DNA from: Vicinamibacterales bacterium
GTDB taxonomy: Bacteria > Acidobacteriota > Vicinamibacteria > Vicinamibacterales > 2-12-FULL-66-21
DNA: 34,924 bases
NCBI GenBank assembly: GCA_046594705.1
Contig: JBKJRJ010000396.1
Span: 1 to 34,924 of the forward strand
Direction: 5' to 3'
The notes beneath the pieces were generated by a model. It was not told the origin of the DNA, ran no database searches, and saw only the letters and a program-made list of their open reading frames with translations. Positions 24,346 through 33,357 of this stretch are shown here, one piece after another (positions within the stretch are counted from its first letter, which is position 1; each line of letters opens with the position of its first letter). The translations under genes and the position numbers were made by a program.

Positions 24346-25356
24346 TCAGTGCTCCCAGCGATCAGCGCGATCGTTCGCGCGCGTGACGACGGGGCGATCC
24401 CGTTCGGGCTCGCGCGGCGGCAACTCGAGCCCGCGTACGCGGTAGAGCAGGTCCTCGAGCAGCTTGCGGTTGCCCGCGTTGACGTCCGCCAGCAGCCCGA
24501 TCACCAGCACCTGGAACCCCACAATCATCAGGATGCCCGACGCGTTCAGCGACGCGATGTGGCGGAAGGCCTCGCCCTGGAAGTAGTAGTAGACGAAGCG
24601 CAGGAAGCCGAGCAACCCGGCGCCGGCGATCAGCAGCCCGAGATACGTGAACACCTTGAGCGGCTCGTACATCACGTAGATCCGGACGATGGTCGCGCCC
24701 GAGCGCTTGATATAGGAAAACATGCTGTCGAACAGCCGCGACTCCCGCGTGCGGAGGTTCACCGTGATCGGCACGTGCGCGATCGCCATCCGCTTCTTGC
24801 CGGCCTGGATGATCGATTCGAGCGTGTAGGAGAATTCCGACACGATCGTCATCCGCAGCGCCGCCTCGCGGGTATAGGCGCGGAAGCCGCTCGTGGTGTC
24901 GGGCACCGTGGTGTTGGACACCTGCCGCACCACCCAGCTGCCGAGCCGCTGCAGCTGGCGCTTGCGCCACGACATGTGCCGCAGGCCCTGGATGTTCCGA
25001 TCGCCGATGCAGATGTCGGCCTCGCCCCGCAGCAGCGGCGCCAGCAGCTTCGCGATGTCCTGGCCGGCGTACTGATTGTCGGCGTCGGTGTTGACGATGA
25101 AATCGGCGCCCGCCTTGAGGCCGGCGTCGATCCCGGCGGTGAACGCCGCCGCCAGTCCCTTGTTGCGGCGCAGCCGGACGATGTGATCGACGCCGCAGGC
25201 GCGGGCGACGTCCGACGTGCCGTCACGTGAGCCGTCGTCGATCACCAGCACCTCGATGACATCGACGCCGGCGATCTGCTTCGGCAGATCGGCGAGCGTC
25301 GCCGGCAGCGTCTGCGCCTCGTTGAGGCACGGGATCTGGATAATCAGCTTTTTCAC
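24346..25356 (-). CDS. GT2 polyprenyl-phosphate glycosyltransferase with two C-terminal TM helices (second GtrB/ArnC-like paralog)
   Basis: 336 aa. The first codon is GTG (25356-25354), in a GTGA overlap with the upstream stop. IIQIPCLNEAQTL, VLVIDDGSRDGT and NTDADNQY are present. The C-terminal helices are VFTYLGLLIAGAGLLGFL and ILMIVGFQVLVIGLLA. Confidence 0.8.
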   Translation of the reverse strand: MKKLIIQIPCLNEAQTLPATLADLPKQIAGVDVIEVLVIDDGSRDGTSDVARACGVDHIVRLRRNKGLAAAFTAGIDAGLKAGADFIVNTDADNQYAGQDIAKLLAPLLRGEADICIGDRNIQGLRHMSWRKRQLQRLGSWVVRQVSNTTVPDTTSGFRAYTREAALRMTIVSEFSYTLESIIQAGKKRMAIAHVPITVNLRTRESRLFDSMFSYIKRSGATIVRIYVMYEPLKVFTYLGLLIAGAGLLGFLRFVYYYFQGEAFRHIASLNASGILMIVGFQVLVIGLLADVNAGNRKLLEDLLYRVRGLELPPREPERDRPVVTRANDRADRWEH

Positions 25357-26402
25357 GACACCAGCTTTTCGATCACGCCGTCCCAGGTGATGGTCCGCGC
25401 CCGCTCGTAGCCCGCGTCCCCCAACGACGCCGCGCGGGCCCGGTCGCGCGCCAGGAGATTGATGGCATCCGCGAACGCCTCAGCCTCCGGCGGCCGCACC
25501 AACCCGTTGACGCCGTCGAGCACGAACTCGTTCGGCCCTCCTGAATCGGTCGCCGTGACCACCGGCTTGCGGGACAGGAACGCTTCCAGCGTCACGTAGC
25601 CGAAGTCTTCGTCGTAGGGCGGGTAGAGGACGGCGAGCGCGTCGCGATACAGGGCGAGCAGCCGCTCGTCCTCGACCGCCCCGAGGAACTCGACCCGGTC
25701 GCTCACGCCGGCGTCCGCGGCCACGCGCTCGACGTTGGCGCGCTGCGTCCCGTCGCCGGCGACCACCAGCCTGATCGGTCTATCGACCCGAGTCATCGCC
25801 GACACCAGTAAATCCACCCGCTTGACCGATTCGATTCGCCCGACCGACAGCACGAAGTCGCCGTAGACGGGCCGCAACTCGCGGAGCCGCCCCGCCAGCT
25901 TCGGCGGATGGTAGAGCGCCTCGGCCGCGATGCCGTTGTACTTGCCGACGCGGGTGGCGGTGTTCCGGGCATTGGCAAACACGTGGCGGCACTCGCCCAG
26001 CATCTCGGTGTCCAGCCGCACCAGCGTGTCGCGCAGACCGACGTCCCCCTCGTGGTGCCCGAAGTCGCTATACGGCGTGCCGCAGAGCTCGTAGGCGGCG
26101 CGGTACTGGTGAATCAGCCACGCCACCTTGTTGGGATGGCGCACGAAATAGGTCGGGAACTTGGACGCGATCACGAGGTCGATGGACCGGCCGTTGCTCT
26201 CGCTCAGGTCAAGCAGCCGCCAGGCCGCCGCGTGCGGAAGGATTTCCTCCTTCGGATACCACTTGAACGGCACGCTCACCAGCTCGGTGTCATACCCCCG
26301 TTCCCGCAGCTCCCGGACCAGCTCCCGAACGTGCACTTCGGCCCCGCCGTGCACGAACGGCACCTGCGCCTCGCAGACGACGACCGTTCGAATAGGCGGC
26401 AT
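25353..26402 (-). CDS. GT4 family (GT-B) glycosyltransferase; first gene of the minus-strand operon
   Basis: 349 aa. VVVCEAQVPFVHGGAEVHV is the typical GT4 N-terminus. The C-terminal region is EDFGYVTLEAFLSRKPVVTATDSGGPNEFV. ATG at 26402 is followed upstream by a 173-nt lower-G+C intergenic region. Confidence 0.8.
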   Translation of the reverse strand: MPPIRTVVVCEAQVPFVHGGAEVHVRELVRELRERGYDTELVSVPFKWYPKEEILPHAAAWRLLDLSESNGRSIDLVIASKFPTYFVRHPNKVAWLIHQYRAAYELCGTPYSDFGHHEGDVGLRDTLVRLDTEMLGECRHVFANARNTATRVGKYNGIAAEALYHPPKLAGRLRELRPVYGDFVLSVGRIESVKRVDLLVSAMTRVDRPIRLVVAGDGTQRANVERVAADAGVSDRVEFLGAVEDERLLALYRDALAVLYPPYDEDFGYVTLEAFLSRKPVVTATDSGGPNEFVLDGVNGLVRPPEAEAFADAINLLARDRARAASLGDAGYERARTITWDGVIEKLVS

Positions 26403-26507
26403 TTACCGGGTGGGAAGGCCGACGCTCAGCATCTCGGAACTGCACATGCTAGCACGCGTTTTGGGGCGAAAATAAAGCGTAAGTCTAGGAGGCTCTGCAT
26501 TTTGCCG

Positions 26508-26536
26508 TTGACACGACAAGGACCCAGCCCTACTAT
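26508..26536 (+). promoter_or_regulatory. sigma70-type promoter candidate for the dcw operon (Pmra-like)
   Basis: TTGACA at 26508-26513, an exactly 17-nt spacer, then TACTAT at 26531-26536. It lies 40 nt upstream of the mraZ ATG, in the only AT-enriched intergenic region of the window. Confidence 0.55.
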
Positions 26537-26540
26537 CGCG

Positions 26541-26565
26541 GTGGACTTTTGTGGAGCAAAGTGGA
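26541..26565 (+). promoter_or_regulatory. three direct GTGGA boxes at 10-bp phasing: candidate MraZ operator
   Basis: The sequence is GTGGActtttGTGGAgcaaaGTGGAgtaaa, with boxes starting at 26541, 26551 and 26561, immediately downstream of the -10 element. This matches the known arrangement of MraZ-binding direct repeats (TGGGN/GTGG-type pentamers with 5-nt spacers) near Pmra. The third box supplies the GGAG ribosome-binding site of mraZ. Confidence 0.65.
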
Positions 26566-26575
26566 GTAAATAGTC

Positions 26576-27016
26576 ATGCTGCGGGGAAATTACGCCGCCA
26601 AAATCGACGATAAGGGGCGGCTCAAAATCCCGAACGCTTTCCGTGCGCTTATCGACAAAACGCATGGGCCTGAGCTGTTCGTGACGAGCCTGACGGGGGA
26701 GTTTGTACGCCTGTATCCCATGCCCGTCTGGCTGGCCCTCGAAGACCGGCTGGCGCGCGCGCCCTCCACCCACCCGTCGCGTATCAAGTTCCTCGACCGC
26801 GTGAATTACTTCGGCCAGACCGCGGCAATCGACGCCCAGGGCCGCGTCGTCATTCACCAGCGGCTGCGCGACACCGCCACGATGGCGGGGGAAGTCGACG
26901 TCTTCGGCAAGGTCGATCAGCTCGACGTCTGGAATCACGAGCGCTTCGTCGCGCGTCTCGCCAGCGACCCCTATACCGATGACGACGCCAAGGCGCTCTC
27001 GGAGTTCGGCATCTGA
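26576..27016 (+). CDS. mraZ: transcriptional regulator MraZ
   Basis: 146 aa. MLRGNYAAKIDDKGRLKIP and a second DAQGRVVIH give the duplicated DxxxR SpoVT-AbrB-like halves. It is the first gene of the dcw cluster. Confidence 0.9.
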   Translation: MLRGNYAAKIDDKGRLKIPNAFRALIDKTHGPELFVTSLTGEFVRLYPMPVWLALEDRLARAPSTHPSRIKFLDRVNYFGQTAAIDAQGRVVIHQRLRDTATMAGEVDVFGKVDQLDVWNHERFVARLASDPYTDDDAKALSEFGI

Positions 27017-27018
27017 TC

Positions 27019-27906
27019 ATGTCCATCGCGCACGAACCTGTCCTGGTGACCGAAACGCTGGCGCTGCTCCAGCCGTCGGATGGCGGCGTGTTCGTCGACT
27101 GCACTGTCGGTCTCGGCGGCCACTCGCGCGCCTTGCTCGAAGCGGGGGCGGCGCGGCTCATCGGGCTCGACCGCGACCTCTCGGCGCTCGCCATCGCGCG
27201 GGACGGGCTGGCCTCGTTCGGCGATCGCGTCGAGCTGGTGCATGCCGATTACCGCGAGCTCGACCGCGTGCTGGACGAGCGTGGCGTCGCCCACGTGACC
27301 GGCATCCTGGCGGACCTGGGCGTCTCGTCCATGCAGTTCGACGCGGAAGGCCGCGGCTTCAGTTTCCGCCGCGACGAGCCGCTGGACATGCGGATGGACC
27401 AGAGCCGCGGGCCGAGCGTGGCGGACTTGTTGCGCGACGTCGAGGAGACGGAGCTGGCCGACGTGATCTACCGGTTCGGCGAGGAGCGCGCCTCGCGCCG
27501 GGTCGCGCGCGCGATCGTCTACGCCCGCCGCGAATCGCCGATCGACACCACCGGCCGTCTCGCTGCGATTGTCCGCCGCGCCGTGCCGCACCGCGGCCAT
27601 CAGCGGATCGACCCGGCCACCCGTACCTTCCAGGCGCTGCGCATCTGGGTGAACCGCGAGCTCGACGGGTTGGATGGCTTTCTCGCGAGCGCGGCGCGAC
27701 GGCTGCTCGCCAACGCGCGTCTCGCGGTCATCACGTTTCACTCGCTGGAAGACCGCATCGTCAAGCACACGTTCCGCGCGATGGACAAGGCGGGCGACGG
27801 CGTCCGGATCCTGACCAGGCGGCCGCTCGTCCCGGCCGACGAGGAAGTCGCACGGAATCCGCGGGCTCGGAGCGCAAAGCTGCGCGCGATTGAGAGGTTC
27901 GCATGA
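27019..27906 (+). CDS. rsmH: 16S rRNA (cytosine1402-N4)-methyltransferase RsmH (MraW)
   Basis: 295 aa. HEPVLVTETL, FVDCTVGLGGHS, LADLGVSSMQFD, FHSLEDRIVK and RARSAKLRA are hallmark RsmH blocks. Confidence 0.95.
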   Translation: MSIAHEPVLVTETLALLQPSDGGVFVDCTVGLGGHSRALLEAGAARLIGLDRDLSALAIARDGLASFGDRVELVHADYRELDRVLDERGVAHVTGILADLGVSSMQFDAEGRGFSFRRDEPLDMRMDQSRGPSVADLLRDVEETELADVIYRFGEERASRRVARAIVYARRESPIDTTGRLAAIVRRAVPHRGHQRIDPATRTFQALRIWVNRELDGLDGFLASAARRLLANARLAVITFHSLEDRIVKHTFRAMDKAGDGVRILTRRPLVPADEEVARNPRARSAKLRAIERFA

Positions 27907-28295
27907 GCGGGATGGACTTCGAGTACGCGATCAAGAAGGACATTCGCAACAACCCGATCGTCCGCGAGGTGGACGAGGCGCGGCAGCGGCAGCTCTGGCG
28001 GACGATGGGGATCGGTCTGTTCCTCGTGGTCGTGCTGCTGTTCTCCGCCTGGCAGCACTTCGAGATGTTGCGCCACGGTTACCAGATCGAGCGGATGCAG
28101 GCGGATCGCGCGGCCGAGGAGGAGATTAACCGGCATCTCCGCCTCGAGATCGAGACGCTCCGCGCACCCCGCCGCATCGAGCGAATCGCGACCGAACAGC
28201 TTCACCTCGTCGCACCGGTGCGCGGCCAGGCCATCGTCATCGAGCGCGTCACGCCCGCCGCGCCGCCCGAGAAATCCATCGTCGCCGCCCGCTGA
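27903..28295 (+). CDS. ftsL: cell division protein FtsL
   Basis: 130 aa. It has a single TM (MGIGLFLVVVLLFSAW) followed by a coiled-coil-like region. It sits between rsmH and ftsI, with an ATGA overlap with rsmH. Confidence 0.75.
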   Translation: MSGMDFEYAIKKDIRNNPIVREVDEARQRQLWRTMGIGLFLVVVLLFSAWQHFEMLRHGYQIERMQADRAAEEEINRHLRLEIETLRAPRRIERIATEQLHLVAPVRGQAIVIERVTPAAPPEKSIVAAR

Positions 28296-28300
28296 CCCGG

Positions 28301-30394
28301 ATGGGAACCATGGGCACCAGGTTGCAGTCGCTGCTCGGACGGGTCCGGCGCGGACAGTCGCCCCCCCGGCGCCGCGAACCCGCGCCGCTCGACTGGCGGG
28401 CGACGGTGCGCGCGCGCGTGATCGTCTGCGCCATTGCGCTCGGGCTGTGGACGGCGGGCATCGAGGCGCGCCTGGTCTATCTCCAGGTCATCCAGCACGC
28501 CGACCTGATGAGCCGTGCCGACCGTCAGCAGATGCGCACCCCGGTGGTGCCTGCCAAGCGGGGAGACATTGTCGACCGCAAAGGGCGTCTGCTCGCTTAT
28601 AGCGTGGACGCCGACACCATCGCGGCGGTGCCGTCCGAGATCGACGATCCGGCGGCGGTCGCCGCCGAGGTGTGCGCGGTGCTCGACGGTTGCGGCGCGG
28701 ATCGCCGCGCGTCGATCGCGAAGAATCTGACCAAGCGGGGGGCGTTCGCCTACATCGCGCGCCAGGTGACCCCGGAAGAGGCGAGGCGGGTTCGCGCCCT
28801 GGCGTTGCCCGGGATCACGCTGCTGAAAGAGAGCCGCCGCTACTATCCGAACAGCGAGCTCGCGGCGCACGTGGTGGGCTACGTCGGTCTCGACAACGTG
28901 GGACTCGGCGGCATCGAATCGGCCTACGACTCGCAGATTCGCGGCAAGGCCGGCAAGGTCGTCATCCAGACCGACGCCAAGCGGCACGCGATCTTCAGCC
29001 GGGTCGAACGCCCCGCCACCGCGGGAGCCGGCGTCGAGCTGACCATTGATCAGTACTTGCAGCACGTCGCCGAGCGCGAGCTGCGGGTGGGCGTCGAGGA
29101 GAACCGCGCGGCCGCCGGCACCGCCATCGTCATGGACCCGCGCTCCGGGGAGATCCTGGCCCTGGCGAACTGGCCGACCTTCAATCCCAACGCGTTCACC
29201 AGGGCGGACGACGACAATCTCAGGAACCGGGCGATCCAGAGCCTCTACGAGCCGGGATCGACGTTCAAGATCGTCACGGCATCAGCCGCGCTCGAACAGC
29301 ACGTCATCACGCCCGAGACCATGGTCGACACCAGTCCCGGGTCGATCACCTTTCCGGGACGCAAGCCGATCTACGACACCCACCACTACGGCACGATCGA
29401 CTTCACCGACGTGATTGTGAAGTCGAGCAATGTCGGCGCGATCAAGGTGGGTCTGCGGCTCGGGCCGCAGCGGCTCGGCGACTACATCACGCGCTTCGGT
29501 TTCGGGCAGACGCTCGGTCCCGACTTCCGGGGAGAGACCGCCGGCATCGTCTGGGATCCGGCACGGCTGAACGACAGCGCGCTGGCCTCGGTGTCGATGG
29601 GCTATCAGGTCGGGGTCACGCCGTTGCAGATGGTGACGGCGGTCAGCGTGATCGCGAACGGTGGCCTGCGGCTTCAGCCGCGCGTCGTGCGCGCCTTCAT
29701 TCGCGACGGCCGCCGGGTCGAGGTGCCGCACAAGGAAGTGCGGCAGGCGATCACCGCCGAGACCGCCGCCATCATGACGACGATCATGGAGCAGGTGGTC
29801 GAGCGCGGCACGGCTCGCGCCGCGCAGATCCCCGGCTACACGATCGCGGGCAAGACCGGCACCGCCGCGAAGCTGGTCAACGGCCACTACCAGAAGTCGG
29901 ACTACAACGCCTCGTTCATCGGCTTCATTCCGTCGCGGAAGCCGGCGCTCGCGATCCTGGTCGTGCTCGACTCTCCGCACGGCCATGGCTACACCGGCGG
30001 CGCCGTGTCGGCGCCGATCTTCCGGCGCATCGCCGAATCCGCGATGACCTACCTGGGTATCGGCCCGAACCTCAACGCGCCGCCGCCGGTGCTGGTGGCG
30101 CGGCGCCAGACCTCGCGCGACGGCGACCCGGTGGCCCAGACCGTCCGCACCGCGAGCGTGCTGTCGGCGACCGTCGAACCGGCCCGGCACGGGCTGATGC
30201 CGGACCTGCGCGGCCTGAGCGCGCGTGAAGCGCTGAAGGCCCTGTCGCGCATCGGGATGACGGCCCGGCTGACCGGAGACGGCTTCGTCGTCGAGCAGAA
30301 CCCGGGCCCGGGCGCCGCGCTGGTACGCGGTGACGTCTGCGCCCTGACACTCGACCGGCGCGCGCTGGGCATTGTGACGGGTGGCTCGCAATGA
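28301..30394 (+). CDS. ftsI: peptidoglycan D,D-transpeptidase FtsI (class B PBP) with a C-terminal PASTA domain
   Basis: 697 aa. It has an N-terminal TM anchor and the motifs STFK, SSN and KTGT. The C-terminal LMPDLRGLSAREALKALSRIGMTARLTGDGFVVEQNPGPGAALVRGDVCALTL is PASTA-like. An alternative ATG lies at 28310. Confidence 0.9.
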   Translation: MGTMGTRLQSLLGRVRRGQSPPRRREPAPLDWRATVRARVIVCAIALGLWTAGIEARLVYLQVIQHADLMSRADRQQMRTPVVPAKRGDIVDRKGRLLAYSVDADTIAAVPSEIDDPAAVAAEVCAVLDGCGADRRASIAKNLTKRGAFAYIARQVTPEEARRVRALALPGITLLKESRRYYPNSELAAHVVGYVGLDNVGLGGIESAYDSQIRGKAGKVVIQTDAKRHAIFSRVERPATAGAGVELTIDQYLQHVAERELRVGVEENRAAAGTAIVMDPRSGEILALANWPTFNPNAFTRADDDNLRNRAIQSLYEPGSTFKIVTASAALEQHVITPETMVDTSPGSITFPGRKPIYDTHHYGTIDFTDVIVKSSNVGAIKVGLRLGPQRLGDYITRFGFGQTLGPDFRGETAGIVWDPARLNDSALASVSMGYQVGVTPLQMVTAVSVIANGGLRLQPRVVRAFIRDGRRVEVPHKEVRQAITAETAAIMTTIMEQVVERGTARAAQIPGYTIAGKTGTAAKLVNGHYQKSDYNASFIGFIPSRKPALAILVVLDSPHGHGYTGGAVSAPIFRRIAESAMTYLGIGPNLNAPPPVLVARRQTSRDGDPVAQTVRTASVLSATVEPARHGLMPDLRGLSAREALKALSRIGMTARLTGDGFVVEQNPGPGAALVRGDVCALTLDRRALGIVTGGSQ

Positions 30395-31938
30395 CGTTGC
30401 GCGCGCTGCTGTCGGGGGCGTCCTTCCGCCCGAAGGCGGACGCCACGACCGTTGGTGAATCCGGTGGCTTCCGCCTTCAGGCGGCCGGAGACACCGAGGT
30501 CGCCTCGATCGCCTACGACTCCCGGCAGGTCACGCCGGGCGCGCTGTTCGTCGCGCTGCGCGGCGTCAACGCCGACGGCGCGCGCTTCGTTCCGCAGGCG
30601 GTCGCCAACGGCGCGATCGCGGTGATCGCGGAGACGGCCGCTCCTGCCGGGCTGTCCGTGCCCTGGATCCAGGTGCCGGCCGCGCGCGCCGTGCTGGCCG
30701 AACTGGCCGCCGTGTTCCACGGCCGCCCCAGCGAGGAGCTGGCGCTCGTCGGCATCACCGGCACCAACGGCAAGACCACCACCGCCTACGTCCTGGCCTC
30801 GATTTTCGAATCGGCGGGCATCAGGTGCGGCCGCATCGGCACCATCGGCTACCGGGTCGGCGGGCGGGAGCTCGACGCGCCGCGCACGACGCCCGAAGCG
30901 CCGGAGCTGCAGCAGCTGCTGCGCGAGATGCTGACGGACGGCTGCGGCGCCTGCGTCATGGAGGTGTCGTCGCACGCCCTGGCGCTGCGCCGCGCCGACA
31001 GCCTGCGCTTCGCCGCCGGGGTCTTCACGAATCTGACCCGCGATCACCTCGATTTCCATGGCGACATGGAGTCCTACTTCGCCGCCAAGCGGCGCCTCTT
31101 CGAGATCCTGCCCGACGGCGCGGTCGGCGTGATCAACCTTGACGATCGCCGCGGCGCGGACTTCGTCGCCGCCGCTCGCCGGCCCGTGACCTACGCGATC
31201 GACGCCGCCGCCGACGTCCGCCCGGGCCCGCTCACGTTTTCGCTCGACGGCCTGTCGTTCGAGGTGCGGACGCCACGCGGCACGTTTCACGTCCGCTCGC
31301 CGCTGGTCGGCCGCCCGAACGCCTACAACATCCTCGCGGCCTCAGCCGCGGCGATGGCGCTCGACCTGCCGTTCTCCGCGATCGAGGCCGGCATCCGCAA
31401 TCTCGAGAACGTCCCCGGACGATTCCAGGTGGTGTCCGAGACGGGCGACGACGTGCGGGTGATCGTCGATTACGCGCATACCGACGACGCGCTGAAGAAT
31501 CTGCTCGAGACCGCCCGGCCGCTGGCGCCCGGCCGCCTGGTCACGGTGTTCGGCTGCGGCGGCGATCGCGATCGGACCAAGCGGCCGCTGATGGGCGCCG
31601 TCGCCGCGCGCCTGAGCGATCTCGTGATCGTCACCTCGGACAATCCGCGCAGCGAAGAACCCGAAAAAATTATCGAGGAGATCCGCCGCGGCATCGTCAT
31701 GCCGGCCGATCGCATCTCGCCCAAAGGACAGCAAGGCACGCCGTCGCTGGCGATCAGCGACCGCCGCGAGGCGATCGAGAAGGCGGTGCGAGACGCCAGG
31801 AGCGGCGATCTGCTGCTCATCGTCGGCAAGGGGCACGAGAAATACCAGGTGATCGGCGACCGGACGCTGCCGTTCGACGATGTCGAAATCGCGCGCGCCG
31901 CGCTGGCGCGCCGTCGCAGCGGCGCGCGGGTGATGTAG
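30391..31938 (+). CDS. murE: UDP-N-acetylmuramoyl-L-alanyl-D-glutamate--2,6-diaminopimelate ligase MurE
   Basis: 515 aa. GITGTNGKTTT is the P-loop. The DNPR motif (TSDNPRSEEP) indicates meso-DAP specificity. An ATGA overlap links it to ftsI. Confidence 0.95.
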   Translation: MTLRALLSGASFRPKADATTVGESGGFRLQAAGDTEVASIAYDSRQVTPGALFVALRGVNADGARFVPQAVANGAIAVIAETAAPAGLSVPWIQVPAARAVLAELAAVFHGRPSEELALVGITGTNGKTTTAYVLASIFESAGIRCGRIGTIGYRVGGRELDAPRTTPEAPELQQLLREMLTDGCGACVMEVSSHALALRRADSLRFAAGVFTNLTRDHLDFHGDMESYFAAKRRLFEILPDGAVGVINLDDRRGADFVAAARRPVTYAIDAAADVRPGPLTFSLDGLSFEVRTPRGTFHVRSPLVGRPNAYNILAASAAAMALDLPFSAIEAGIRNLENVPGRFQVVSETGDDVRVIVDYAHTDDALKNLLETARPLAPGRLVTVFGCGGDRDRTKRPLMGAVAARLSDLVIVTSDNPRSEEPEKIIEEIRRGIVMPADRISPKGQQGTPSLAISDRREAIEKAVRDARSGDLLLIVGKGHEKYQVIGDRTLPFDDVEIARAALARRRSGARVM

Positions 31939-31941
31939 CGG

Positions 31942-33357
31942 GTGGCGGACCCGATCATGTTGAGCGCCGCCGAGATCGCGGCCGTGACCGGCGGCCGCCT
32001 GGTGTCGGGGCTGCCCGGCGCCCGCGTCGAGCGGTGGTCGATTGATACGCGCGCGCTGGCCGCCGGGGACCTGTTCGTGGCGATCCGCGGCGATCGCTTC
32101 GATGGACATGACTTCGTCGCCGCCGCGCTGGCCGCCGGTGCGGTCGGGGCGGTGGTGACAACGGTGCCGGCCTTGCCCGAGGCAGGAAGGGGAGGGCCGG
32201 CGCCGCTTCTGATCGAGGTCGGCGACACCACGAAGGCGCTGCAGGACGGCGCCCGAGAGGTGCGGCGGCGTTCGGGCGCGACGGTGGTGGCGATTACCGG
32301 CAGTGCAGGCAAGACGACGACCAAGGAGCTCACCGCGGAGTTCCTGTCGGCGAGATACACGGTGTTACGGAACAAGGGCAATTTGAACAATCACATCGGC
32401 CTGCCGCTGTCGCTGCTGGAGCTTTGCGCCAGGCCCGATGTGGCGGTGGTCGAACTGGGTATGAATCACGCCGGGGAGATCCGCTCGTTGGTCGGCATTG
32501 CGGAGCCGGAGGTTCGCGTCTGGACCAATGTCGGGGACGCCCACGCCGGATTCTTCGCGTCGGCTGACGCGATCGCCGACGCCAAGGCGGAGATCCTCGA
32601 GCAGGCCCGTCCGGGCGATCTGCTGGTCGCCAGCGCGGACGATCCCCTCATTCAGGCGCGCGCCGGGCGCTTCGCGGGCCGGATCCGGACCTTCGGTCTA
32701 TCGGACGCGGCGGACTACCGCGCCAGTGCGGTGCGCCACCGCGGTCTCGATGGCATGGCCGCCACGTGGTCGACGCCGCAGGGCACGATGCCGGTCGAAA
32801 CCCCGCTGCTCGGAACGGGCAACCTGCTGAACTTCCTGGCCGCTGCGGCCGTTGCGGCGGAGATGGGGGTGCCGCTCGCCGACATCGCGGCTCGCGCCTC
32901 CGCGATGAAGCCGGCGTCGCGCCGCGGCGAGCTGCGTCGGCTGCCGGGCGGGATTACGCTGATCGACGATTCCTACAATTCCAGCCCCGCCGCGCTCAAG
33001 ACGTCGCTCGAAACCGTCCGGGCGGCGACCGGCAGCGCCCGCAAGGTCGCGGTGCTCGGGGAGATGCTCGAGCTCGGCGCCCACGCGGATCGGCTGCACG
33101 AGGAGTGCGGGCGCGCGGCGGCGGCCGCGGGGCTCGATCTGCTGATCGCCGTTGGCGGCGCGCCCGCGGCGCGTATGGCCGACGCGGCCCGGCACGCCGG
33201 CATGGCGGCCGGCGCGGTCATCCACGTGCCCGCCAGCACGGATGCCGCCGACGTCGCGCAGCGGAAGGTGCGGCCCGGCGACCTGGTCCTGGTCAAGGGC
33301 TCTCGCGGCATCCGGACCGACCTCGTGGTCGACCGCCTGACGGTGGAGTTCGCCTGA
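31942..33357 (+). CDS. murF: UDP-N-acetylmuramoyl-tripeptide--D-alanyl-D-alanine ligase MurF
   Basis: 471 aa. [13 protein letters not shown] is present and the Mur ligase C-terminal domain reads [13 protein letters not shown]. The first codon is GTG at 31942, and an in-frame ATG at 31957 is an alternative start. Confidence 0.9.
   Translation: MADPIMLSAAEIAAVTGGRLVSGLPGARVERWSIDTRALAAGDLFVAIRGDRFDGHDFVAAALAAGAVGAVVTTVPALPEAGRGGPAPLLIEVGDTTKALQDGAREVRRRSGATVVAITGSAGKTTTKELTAEFLSARYTVLRNKGNLNNHIGLPLSLLELCARPDVAVVELGMNHAGEIRSLVGIAEPEVRVWTNVGDAHAGFFASADAIADAKAEILEQARPGDLLVASADDPLIQARAGRFAGRIRTFGLSDAADYRASAVRHRGLDGMAATWSTPQGTMPVETPLLGTGNLLNFLAAAAVAAEMGVPLADIAARASAMKPASRRGELRRLPGGITLIDDSYNSSPAALKTSLETVRAATGSARKVAVLGEMLELGAHADRLHEECGRAAAAAGLDLLIAVGGAPAARMADAARHAGMAAGAVIHVPASTDAADVAQRKVRPGDLVLVKGSRGIRTDLVVDRLTVEFA

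Noticed and set aside
26487-26573. AGGAGG followed by a TTG-initiated 23-codon ORF (PLTRQGPSPTIAVDFCGAKWSK) upstream of mraZ.
   Set aside because: It lies across the predicted -35/-10 elements and the MraZ boxes, so most of it would sit upstream of the likely transcription start. It has no coding signature.
26426-26938. 170-aa minus-strand ORF antisense to mraZ.
   Set aside because: mraZ on the plus strand has unmistakable family motifs and operon context, and the antisense ORF has none.
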